From positions 990,001-1,022,000 of the forward strand of contig NC_014205.1 in assembly GCF_000092465.1 (NCBI RefSeq): DNA of 32,000 nucleotides, in the 5' to 3' direction. This stretch comes from Staphylothermus hellenicus DSM 12710. Lineage in GTDB: Archaea; Thermoproteota; Thermoprotei_A; Sulfolobales; Desulfurococcaceae. The position numbers and the translations under genes are program-made. Below are positions 16,003 through 24,794 of this stretch, in pieces (positions within the stretch are counted from its first letter, which is position 1; each line of letters begins with the position of its first letter). The notes under the pieces were generated by a model. The model searched no databases, was not told where the DNA came from, and worked only from the letters and a program-made list of their open reading frames with translations.

Positions 16003-17958
16003 CTAGTATACTAGTAGCCAGAGACTTTTCATGATTAATGCAACAGCAACCGATATAGCTATCATAAGTCCCTCTCCCAATCCTAGACCTGCTGATATTA
16101 CTGCAACGTATTCCTTAAACCACTCAGATCCTTTCTTTTTCTCCAATATCCTAGCGATAATGCCTCCGATAAACATTGTCATAGTATATGATATTGGCTG
16201 ACTAATACCTATAGTAAATCCTATGAGTTCGAATGGTATCGAGAAGATTTTAACCAACGCAACTATGACTGCTCCAACTATAAATGGTACCATTATTCGT
16301 GTAGGCCAGTTAGAGAAATGCGATAATAATGCAGATGCTACACTGCTCTCACCAGTTTTTAATGCACCACTAGCCCAAGCAGGCCATAACAATGCCCACA
16401 ACGCTGATACACGCCAGAAAACAGCTGATGCTGGATAAGCCGAGCTTGGAATAGGAGCTATTCTCCAAAATATATCTGCATATATTAGGCCCATCAAATA
16501 TGTTAGTGGAAACGCTATAAAGTATGCTTTCAAGTAATCGCTCTTCTTAGTATTTGTCCAATCACATGCAACATAGACTGCTGTCCATCCACTAGCTCCT
16601 CCATAAACATATATGGGTGTAAACCATGCTGCAACACCTCTATAACCACTCGCCAGTAAAGCTCCCTCCTTAACATATGGTAAGTTTATCCCAGTAGCTG
16701 CTTCACCTAAAGCACGAGTATTTGCCAGCTGGAACAACGTAGAGAAACCCACTATTAATGCCAGGAATATTAATAGAAATTGGATAGTAGCATATTGTGG
16801 CTCAACAATGTATACTAGATAATAAACGAACAAGCTTAATCCAGTAGCTGATAACAAATATATTAGGAGAGCAAATCTTGTAAGCGGCAAACCCCAAATA
16901 GTAGGCTCTGAAACCGTGCTTGCTTCTCTACCACGTATCTTTGGGGGTCTAAATACTCTAACAACGCTTCTCCAATTAATAACCATTGGCGCTAATCCTG
17001 CTGCAAAACTCAACCCTATTAATGGCCCCACATATAGTTGGAGCAACCCATACTGGAAAATATCTCCTAGATTCATTCCCGGCCTCCACAATGTAAATAA
17101 TCCATACTTGACAGCCATTGGAGCACCTATTAGATAAGCAAATATTCCTCCAATAAATATTGACACATTAACTTTCCAAGGCATAATCATACCTATACTT
17201 ATCAATAGTAGATCTAGGCTGAAACCCAGACTAGCACCATTCAATCCTATAGATTCCAGAGAAGATGTTAGATCAGCCCATGGAACAGGAAGTAGCTGAA
17301 CGCCAAACATGAACCAAACACCATATAGTAGGAAGGTGTAAAGTAAACTGAATACTGCAACACTAATCATTACCCTAGCCTTATCTCTCCAAATATGTTT
17401 TTCTGCAAGAACAATACTTGATTCAGCCCATATCCTAGCACCTGGGAACGGTAATTTTTCTTCTACAGCATATATCTTGTAGAGCACATATGCTAGACTA
17501 AGATCCATACCCTTGGTAAGTAGGGCAGATGCAATAGCTACAAGAAGAGGCGGGATGAAAACTGCTTGGAAAAGTGTTCTAGGCAGTTCAGGAATAGTGG
17601 GAGCATACCAGAACGGTATCTTACCATATAATCCGAAACTTCTAGCATATTCGCTTATAGCAATATACCATGCAAGTATAAGGTTCACCCCGAACAAGCT
17701 CTCAGAAATAGTTGTTCCAACATTACTAAACATTACAAATGCTTCTTGACGAGTAAGCCTAGCCCCCATTATTGCGGCTATAGTTGTAAACAACAACAAT
17801 GTAGTATATTCTGCAGAATTAATTATCTGCCAGGGATTAAGACCTGCAACCAAGTTAAGCCATATAGCTGCAGGCTCAAATACTAGTGCTCCATAAAGAA
17901 TAGCTAAAACAACACGCCATGTAACAGCTGATCCTCCATTGCTCGTGGATTCGGCCAA
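16003..17958 (-). CDS. Large polytopic membrane protein, putative transporter (distant OPT-superfamily-like), paralog A
   Basis: 651 aa, hydrophobic throughout with many TM segments. 'EEKLPFPGARIWAES' (nt 17419-17463) and C-terminal 'VISAGLGLGEGLMIAIS' resemble remembered OPT motifs (L.FPsGtA.AE; aSGLIaGeal). The TTG start is preceded by GGGAGG. Confidence 0.5.
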   Translation of the reverse strand: MAESTSNGGSAVTWRVVLAILYGALVFEPAAIWLNLVAGLNPWQIINSAEYTTLLLFTTIAAIMGARLTRQEAFVMFSNVGTTISESLFGVNLILAWYIAISEYARSFGLYGKIPFWYAPTIPELPRTLFQAVFIPPLLVAIASALLTKGMDLSLAYVLYKIYAVEEKLPFPGARIWAESSIVLAEKHIWRDKARVMISVAVFSLLYTFLLYGVWFMFGVQLLPVPWADLTSSLESIGLNGASLGFSLDLLLISIGMIMPWKVNVSIFIGGIFAYLIGAPMAVKYGLFTLWRPGMNLGDIFQYGLLQLYVGPLIGLSFAAGLAPMVINWRSVVRVFRPPKIRGREASTVSEPTIWGLPLTRFALLIYLLSATGLSLFVYYLVYIVEPQYATIQFLLIFLALIVGFSTLFQLANTRALGEAATGINLPYVKEGALLASGYRGVAAWFTPIYVYGGASGWTAVYVACDWTNTKKSDYLKAYFIAFPLTYLMGLIYADIFWRIAPIPSSAYPASAVFWRVSALWALLWPAWASGALKTGESSVASALLSHFSNWPTRIMVPFIVGAVIVALVKIFSIPFELIGFTIGISQPISYTMTMFIGGIIARILEKKKGSEWFKEYVAVISAGLGLGEGLMIAISVAVALIMKSLWLLVY

Positions 17959-18114
17959 TTAAGCCACAACCTCCCATATTTTGCGTTATTCAAATACCTC
18001 TGCCTAAAATAAATAGAATCTTTAAGACCCATATTTAAAATTAAGCAAGAACTAAAAATAATAGTTCGACATATTTTTCTTAGACAAGTAAAAAATTATT
18101 TATAATTTGTTAAG

Positions 18115-20145
18115 TTATGTTCCCAATACATATGATAACCATATCATTATATAGCTGAATATTGCTAATCCAGCCATGAACGGCACTATCTTCTCCTCGT
18201 ATCCCTCTACACCTGTAACCCTTATAATGATCCATTTAGAAATCAATGCTATAATGTTTGGTATAAACATTAGTAGTCCGGTAACAGGCATATCACCTAT
18301 CAATATACCTATTGGATTAAACGGTACACCTGGGAACAAGAGCCTTACCCACACCAGTAATATTCCAAGTATTATTCCAACAACAAACTGCGGCATGAAG
18401 AGCGTTGGATCATTACTCATGTGTTGTATATAGTTTTGATGAACCATGCTATCGATCCAGTTTGGCTCAAACCCTGTATCTGCTCCACCAACCCATTTAC
18501 CACCTACAGAGCCGAACCATCCATAATAGTATAGTCCTAGTAGAGTTATTAGGAATGATAATATTATACCGGAGATCACTGCTATGAAAGATATTTTAAC
18601 CACCTTGTTAGGATTGACACCTCCAACCTTAGCTAGTTTGAACCCCTCCATAACTGCTGGGCCAGGAGTTGTAGCTAATGCACGATCATTGACTAATGGG
18701 TAAAATGATGCTGCAGCTGCAAATGCTTCTTTCGAGTGCCAGTTACCGCTATACCTGTATGGCAGCCATGGCAGTACTAGCATTTCATGCCACCAAGGAC
18801 CATAGTTATAGATTGCTGTGGTCCATGTTGATTCTCCACGTATACGCATCCATGTAATATATAATAGTAGAGTCACTACTACGACGAGCAATGCTATATG
18901 GGGTTCTACGCCTGTTCCGGCCAGTAATCCCCATGCTAGTAAGAAACCTATTATTGCAAAGATTGTTCCAAACCATACTTCTTTATCACTTCTCAAATTC
19001 TTGAGATGCCTCCAGGCTAGTGCAAACCATGCTATGGGGAAACCTATTGCTAAACCCCTTGTCACCATATGAGGCATTAAACCATACCAGTGGCCGATTG
19101 TGAAATAGTTTGTGTGTGCATCCTGTGTTTCCGTAAGGGGTACTATACCTAAGGATACCTCGATTGGCGGCAACACTATATACATGAGGAAATACCATAC
19201 AACAGCTGTAATCAATATATCCATTGGCATCAGAAATGCTAAACCAATGAATAATGGTGCAACAGTAATCATTAATGCTATATCATATCCTATTGATGGA
19301 GAAAGATCGTAGCCTCCATACTGGGATACGAGTAATTGACCATAGATTGACGGCAGGTCCTGTATTATCTTTAATGAAGCCAACAGGTTGGGCAGTAGCA
19401 TAACTACTGCAACAACAGCTCCTACTAAGAACATTATCTTCGAGATAAACCTATGCTCAGAAGCCCCCTTGAACCCTGTTATTCTCATAACTTCAACAGC
19501 CATTTGTGCGTATGGGAATGGTAACATTTCCTCCTCTATCCATGGCTTACGAAACATTAACGCAATACCTATTTGAGCCATTGCTAAACCGAAAAAGACA
19601 AGTATCCACAGCGTCAGCGATGGTGCCCACGCACTTAATACTATGCCTACCCAGTTAGGATCAGATAATAGCATTGAACGAGCTGATTCATTAAATATTG
19701 GTGCTAATGCAGGTATTTCTTGGCCATTAACAATGATCGTGCCCTTAGGAACCCATAGATCAGGCATTAATGCTCCATTATCAGTTATTGATGGAACCTG
19801 ATAAGTCATATAGGCATAATGGACCAGTAGGAAATTCGCTGAGAAAGCATAACCAGCACTCGCAGCAATAGCTATATAGATCAAAACTGCATCAGCAACA
19901 GTTAAAGCAAGTCTTTTACTGATCAATGCAACTATTAAATTGAGAACACCTATTACCAGTAATAATATAAGCGCTGCCCATGCCCATACCCATTCGAGAA
20001 AAGTGCTCGGCCACGCTAATCCATATAGTAAGTTCGTTATAATCGGAGCTAGAATAGCCATTATTATAGCTACAACAACTCCTTTAATGGTGACGCTAGC
20101 AGGTGAAACACCCCATAATAGTTTCTTTCCCTCTTCAACTGACAT
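18115..20145 (-). CDS. Large polytopic membrane protein, putative transporter, paralog B of 16003..17958
   Basis: 676 aa with many TM segments. It shares 'EEEMLPFPYAQMAVE' (nt 19492-19536) and a C-terminal 'PF.PIG..IG..P....MFI..IIA' block with paralog A. GGTGG precedes the ATG. Confidence 0.5.
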   Translation of the reverse strand: MSVEEGKKLLWGVSPASVTIKGVVVAIIMAILAPIITNLLYGLAWPSTFLEWVWAWAALILLLVIGVLNLIVALISKRLALTVADAVLIYIAIAASAGYAFSANFLLVHYAYMTYQVPSITDNGALMPDLWVPKGTIIVNGQEIPALAPIFNESARSMLLSDPNWVGIVLSAWAPSLTLWILVFFGLAMAQIGIALMFRKPWIEEEMLPFPYAQMAVEVMRITGFKGASEHRFISKIMFLVGAVVAVVMLLPNLLASLKIIQDLPSIYGQLLVSQYGGYDLSPSIGYDIALMITVAPLFIGLAFLMPMDILITAVVWYFLMYIVLPPIEVSLGIVPLTETQDAHTNYFTIGHWYGLMPHMVTRGLAIGFPIAWFALAWRHLKNLRSDKEVWFGTIFAIIGFLLAWGLLAGTGVEPHIALLVVVVTLLLYITWMRIRGESTWTTAIYNYGPWWHEMLVLPWLPYRYSGNWHSKEAFAAAASFYPLVNDRALATTPGPAVMEGFKLAKVGGVNPNKVVKISFIAVISGIILSFLITLLGLYYYGWFGSVGGKWVGGADTGFEPNWIDSMVHQNYIQHMSNDPTLFMPQFVVGIILGILLVWVRLLFPGVPFNPIGILIGDMPVTGLLMFIPNIIALISKWIIIRVTGVEGYEEKIVPFMAGLAIFSYIMIWLSYVLGT

Positions 20146-20249
20146 ATAATTCCACCGGAAACCATATTGATTTATACGGTAAAAATCTACATTAATATTT
20201 TATTATGTCAAGAATTAAAAATTTATTCATATAGTTAAATGTAAATGTT

Positions 20250-23200
20250 TTAAACCTTAATTATTGATTCAGCTTTTGCAATGTATTGTTTTTTCTCGTC
20301 AAGAGTAATGGTTCTCCATAATAGTAATTGTTTACGGAGAGCATCTATGAAGAACTTGTTTGACCTTATCCATAATCTCGTATTGCCTGATAATCTCTTC
20401 AGATAAATACTGATCTCCCACTCATTCGGATTAACTTCTAAAGCTCTAATCTGGAACTCTTGTTTTACACCTGCATGCCATGGCTTAAGCCTAACAACCC
20501 CTCCTAATACTACAACGTTTTTACCATTCATTGTTGTTTTACCAATGCTTATCTTCTCAATTACAAAATTACCTATATCTGGACTCGTGAACCCGCTGAT
20601 GTATTCGTATACATAATATAGTGAGCCAATCAGCTCCTTATAACTCGTGATCTTGAAAGGCATAGGTATAACCCATTCATCTCCTTTAGGCTTTGTTGGA
20701 AACTCCCATTTTCTACGGAGACTTGGCAATGCCATCTTGCTTGCCTTGAATACAGGATATATAGTAGCCGCTAAGACAGAAATAAATGTGGCAGCAATAG
20801 CTAATACAACGTATTCGCTGCTATAGTTTGGCCTGAATATTTCAGGCATAAATGTTGCAGCTGATGTAGTTATTAGTATTCCTGTAACATAGCCTACTAC
20901 AGTAGCTATTAGAGCATATGCTAGTGCCTCCGCTATGAACATTAAACCTATCTGGCTAGGCGATAATCCTAGTGCGGCATAGATGAATATTTCCCTTTTC
21001 CTCTCATATATGCTTCCGAGAAGAACACCAAGAATAGAAACGCTAGCAATTATGATTGGTGCAACAACATAGTTGAAGCCGGCTCCACTTAATGCAATCA
21101 TTTTACTATACTTGGCTACTCCATGGCTAGGCGAGTATGCATATGTATCTGTTGATGGTAGGATAAATACTATATCTCTACCTAGAATAAATGGATCAAT
21201 CCCTGTCTTAATAGATATTTGAGCTAAATAAAAGCTTAAACCTTTATTCAACCATGGATTGATCTCAGCTATTTTAGCTGGAATAAATATTGTTCTAACA
21301 GTTCTAGCTCGTGGAAACCCAATTACAGGGGTAATTGTTTGTCCATCAAGCTCTCTTATCTCAAGGATTCTTCTATCATCATATGCTCCTATGATTCTAA
21401 ACCTTACTCCTGCGATGACAATTGTTTTATTAACATCGATAACTCCATTAGTATCATTTATTGCTGTAGCCGGTATTATAGCAACGTATTGATCTGAACT
21501 ATTAAACCACCTACCCTTAACAATAATCTTTGAAATATTACTGATTACATCTTCCTCGGGCTCTACTGCCGTTATAGAATTTATCGGGTAATACTTCGAT
21601 GGATCATCATAGAGGAATAGATAAGTTGAACCAACTGCCCAATACCTTACAACAGCGTCTTTGCCAATGATAACTTTAACTAGATCATATAATTGACTAC
21701 CCATTGGTAAATTCCTATCTATCGTTTCCCTCTGCAATAAGAAGCCCTGAGGCCTTATAGGTTCAAAGCCTGATAGAGCAACTGGTTTAGGAGCTACATA
21801 GCTCGTCATACTCGTGAATAAAACAACACTAATAACAACCACAATTAAAGTTATTATTGTCAATAATGTTCTCAGTCTTCTCTTCTTCATATATTCAACG
21901 CCATAGCTGAAAGACATATAACCAGCTACAAGCTTGCTTCTCTCAACCTCATGGACACCGACTATTTTCCTCCTTATTTCCTTCAATGCCTTATTGAAAT
22001 CACCTAGGAGAACTAGGAGCGCTGGTATCACTAGGATTATCATTATGAAGCCAATAATAGTCATTATAGCATTAGCTGTTAAATGGAGAGCGGGATGTAT
22101 GAAATAGAATATTATGCCTGGAATAGCTGTTACTACTAGTGTTTTCCCAATTACACTAAATGGGCTAGAGCCTGGCTTTCTAAAGTAGAGCCCCATAATA
22201 AATGCGAACAATACTAGTAATACTGAGAACAGTGTAGCAGTGTTTTCTACATCTAGGTAAGCGGATTTAGTTAATTGGTAACCATTATATGCTAAAGTTA
22301 AACCTTCAAGAGTATAGGCTCTATATGCTGTGTAATTATATGTGGAGAGGGATTTTGTTGCATTAGATAATGCTGTTGCCCCTCTAGTAACAAATTCCTC
22401 TGCAGCCGGATTTCTTATTTTATAACTAGATAGCTTCTCCAATCTCCTATCAACGATATTTATTGTAGAGCTTAATGCATCGTACAAGCTATATTTATGG
22501 CCGATCCTAACATTTTCAATAACATAAAATACCGGGTCAGGGCCGAATACTAGGCTATAGTTAAGATCCTTGTATAGATAAGCTACAAGGAACCCTGTTT
22601 CGTCTATTCCTATATAGTAATAGTCCGGCTCAGCCATTGTATCCGTTCTTACAATTCTACATCCAATACTTCCACCCTCAATAGGGATCTGATAAGATAA
22701 CGGATCCACAACCATGTTTACAGTAATGTTTCCCTTAAACTTAATAATCCATACCTCCCACGGTGCTTGCTTTGATCCAAGTACTGGTTGTGAAATAGAG
22801 ACAGAGGAACCCCTGGATACGGTTCCCATAACGTTTAATGCTACTACGTTGCCATTGTCCGAGAGAACAAGCGCTGTTATTGTTAAGCCTGTTGATCGCG
22901 ATGTAGGTAATCCTTCAACAGTAAAATATCCCTCATCATCAGTAAACCTTACTATCCTTAAATTCCAAGGACTACTTGTCTGAGTCCTTGATCCAGCACT
23001 AATAATGACTAGTGCTCTGCTAAGATTTGCTTTTTTGAGATTAACTCGTTGTCCAAGCTTCGGATTCCAAACCATGACTTGCCCAATTAAATTAGCAAAC
23101 ATCTCATTTCGAGGACTTGTACTAATACGTGTTGGCGCATTTGGAGAGAACCCTGCTGAAATAGCGTCTCTTAGTTGTTGCGGATTCTTGCTATATATTT

Positions 23201-24680
23201 GATCCAATATTATATCGAGTAAGTTATACTGCAATACTATATTTTCCGAATTGATCTTATCGAAATAATCAATTGGCGTCCCCTTTGCACCTTTTTCGGC
23301 GAAAGCTGATTTAAGAGTAAATGCTGCTAGTCCCGAACTCCAAAACGGCTCTGTATCAAGCCAGTATGGGCCGGGGAACAATGCCCACCATGTATTAGGA
23401 TCGCGTGAATACGAGAATAATTGTCTAATAGCAGATCCTAGATCTTTTCCTAATTTATTCGAAACGCTTTGTTCAAGCCTGTTCAGATCAAAAACATTTG
23501 ATATAAAGCCAGCATAATAGTTTATTGGGCCACGTGTTATTCCTACTGCTTGTGCTGTGTAGAAATACCCTATACTAGTTGGAGCTATATATTTGGATCT
23601 ATAATTTAGATCTAATCCTATAAACAGTGTTTTTGCAGGATTTATAACTATTGATATGTTTCCAAAAGATAGTTTTTGTTTATTAAAAATATATTTATCC
23701 ACAAAATGTCTCTGCCCCTCTAAACCCTCATAATACCCGGAGAACCACACTATTATAGTATCGTATTGAGGGGTCTTATTCACTAGTTTCTCAGCATACA
23801 TTAACAAGTATATTGGTGCTAAAGCATCTGTTGCTCCAGGAGCGAACCCTACTACCGGGGACCATGAATCATAATGAGCCCCCAACACGATCCTGTAATC
23901 ATGGTTTTGTCCTGGAACATATGCAACAATATTTGAAACATTAACTTCTACCCATTTCGATCTCAGCTCTAAATATCCCCTCTTACCATTGAGATCGCTA
24001 AGTGTTAAACCATATTCTTCTTTCAACATTCGAGTAGATATATAGCCTATAGGAAGATCAACTGGGGTGTCAAGGTATTTATCATAATTCTGGCTATTCA
24101 CAATATTATCTTCATAGAATAAGATCGCTTTTACTCCTAGATGTGGATCGAGAAGCCATAACCAGCGCCAATCATTTGAGTAGCTTATCAATACTATGCT
24201 TCCATGAAGATCTACGCCGTTAAGATCATTGATGGAATCTGCAACGATAATTTTGCCTTTACAAATAGCATTAACCGGAACACCTCCACTAGGCCATATC
24301 GGGTAAACTTTAATAGTTCTATTATCAACTTTTAGATAACTACCCTCATCAACCGGGATAACAACTGTATAGTTATCAAGAACAACATTTACAGTTATGT
24401 TTTTAATTAAATTGTATAGAATCCTTGTAGCTTCGAAGTATCCTCTATGCCCTGTTAATCTATCATGTATGCCTGCAAATAGGTTAAGATAATGGTTAAG
24501 CTTAGCACTTGTATTTGTCGCTGTTAAATTAATATTTATATTTTTATTAAAAACATCAAAAACAGGATCGTTTAAAAAATTATTATTACTACTCACCGAA
24601 TATGCTCCAGTATAATTTATGGATGCGAAAAGGGAAACAATGATTAAGAAAAACAAATAGATGAATATTGTTTTTTTCAT
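20250..24680 (-). CDS. Giant surface/membrane fusion protein: PA + M28-like ectodomain, TM bundle, MacB/FtsX-type permease module, C-terminal cytoplasmic domain
   Basis: Signal peptide at aa 1-25. PA-like region around aa 125-225 ('KGKIIVADS', 'GSIVLISY', 'VKAILFYED'). M28-like motifs at aa 266-456 ('LGAHYDS', 'GATDALAP', 'YYEGLEG', 'LDTEPFWSSGLAAFTL'). 'RIVRFTDDEGYFTVEGLP' is CarboxypepD_reg-like. Three TMs at aa 815-893. 'MKKRRLRTLLTIITLIVVVISVVLF' plus a 240-aa loop plus 'GSIYERKREIFIYAALGLSPSQIGLMFIAEALAYALIATVVGYVTG' give a MacB-type 4-TM FtsX module (aa 931-1316). A 160-aa tail follows. The ORF is uninterrupted. Confidence 0.8.
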   Translation of the reverse strand: MKKTIFIYLFFLIIVSLFASINYTGAYSVSSNNNFLNDPVFDVFNKNININLTATNTSAKLNHYLNLFAGIHDRLTGHRGYFEATRILYNLIKNITVNVVLDNYTVVIPVDEGSYLKVDNRTIKVYPIWPSGGVPVNAICKGKIIVADSINDLNGVDLHGSIVLISYSNDWRWLWLLDPHLGVKAILFYEDNIVNSQNYDKYLDTPVDLPIGYISTRMLKEEYGLTLSDLNGKRGYLELRSKWVEVNVSNIVAYVPGQNHDYRIVLGAHYDSWSPVVGFAPGATDALAPIYLLMYAEKLVNKTPQYDTIIVWFSGYYEGLEGQRHFVDKYIFNKQKLSFGNISIVINPAKTLFIGLDLNYRSKYIAPTSIGYFYTAQAVGITRGPINYYAGFISNVFDLNRLEQSVSNKLGKDLGSAIRQLFSYSRDPNTWWALFPGPYWLDTEPFWSSGLAAFTLKSAFAEKGAKGTPIDYFDKINSENIVLQYNLLDIILDQIYSKNPQQLRDAISAGFSPNAPTRISTSPRNEMFANLIGQVMVWNPKLGQRVNLKKANLSRALVIISAGSRTQTSSPWNLRIVRFTDDEGYFTVEGLPTSRSTGLTITALVLSDNGNVVALNVMGTVSRGSSVSISQPVLGSKQAPWEVWIIKFKGNITVNMVVDPLSYQIPIEGGSIGCRIVRTDTMAEPDYYYIGIDETGFLVAYLYKDLNYSLVFGPDPVFYVIENVRIGHKYSLYDALSSTINIVDRRLEKLSSYKIRNPAAEEFVTRGATALSNATKSLSTYNYTAYRAYTLEGLTLAYNGYQLTKSAYLDVENTATLFSVLLVLFAFIMGLYFRKPGSSPFSVIGKTLVVTAIPGIIFYFIHPALHLTANAIMTIIGFIMIILVIPALLVLLGDFNKALKEIRRKIVGVHEVERSKLVAGYMSFSYGVEYMKKRRLRTLLTIITLIVVVISVVLFTSMTSYVAPKPVALSGFEPIRPQGFLLQRETIDRNLPMGSQLYDLVKVIIGKDAVVRYWAVGSTYLFLYDDPSKYYPINSITAVEPEEDVISNISKIIVKGRWFNSSDQYVAIIPATAINDTNGVIDVNKTIVIAGVRFRIIGAYDDRRILEIRELDGQTITPVIGFPRARTVRTIFIPAKIAEINPWLNKGLSFYLAQISIKTGIDPFILGRDIVFILPSTDTYAYSPSHGVAKYSKMIALSGAGFNYVVAPIIIASVSILGVLLGSIYERKREIFIYAALGLSPSQIGLMFIAEALAYALIATVVGYVTGILITTSAATFMPEIFRPNYSSEYVVLAIAATFISVLAATIYPVFKASKMALPSLRRKWEFPTKPKGDEWVIPMPFKITSYKELIGSLYYVYEYISGFTSPDIGNFVIEKISIGKTTMNGKNVVVLGGVVRLKPWHAGVKQEFQIRALEVNPNEWEISIYLKRLSGNTRLWIRSNKFFIDALRKQLLLWRTITLDEKKQYIAKAESIIKV

Positions 24681-24794
24681 CCTTGTTTCACCGAGAAATA
24701 CTCTATCTTGATAAAGACTTTTTAAATATTGACATATCTATTTCCCATATCGTTTTATAAAAAATGACGATTGTGTTTAAATGATTTCAATGAA

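Noticed and set aside
20250-24680. Possibility that the 1476-aa ORF is an artefactual fusion of two genes (a surface protein and a permease).
   Set aside because: The reading frame is continuous through the junction (aa 800-930). There is no internal SD-plus-start arrangement at the FtsX module. The three-TM linker gives a self-consistent topology, with the ectodomain outside and the FtsX N-terminus inside. Only comparison with orthologs can settle it.
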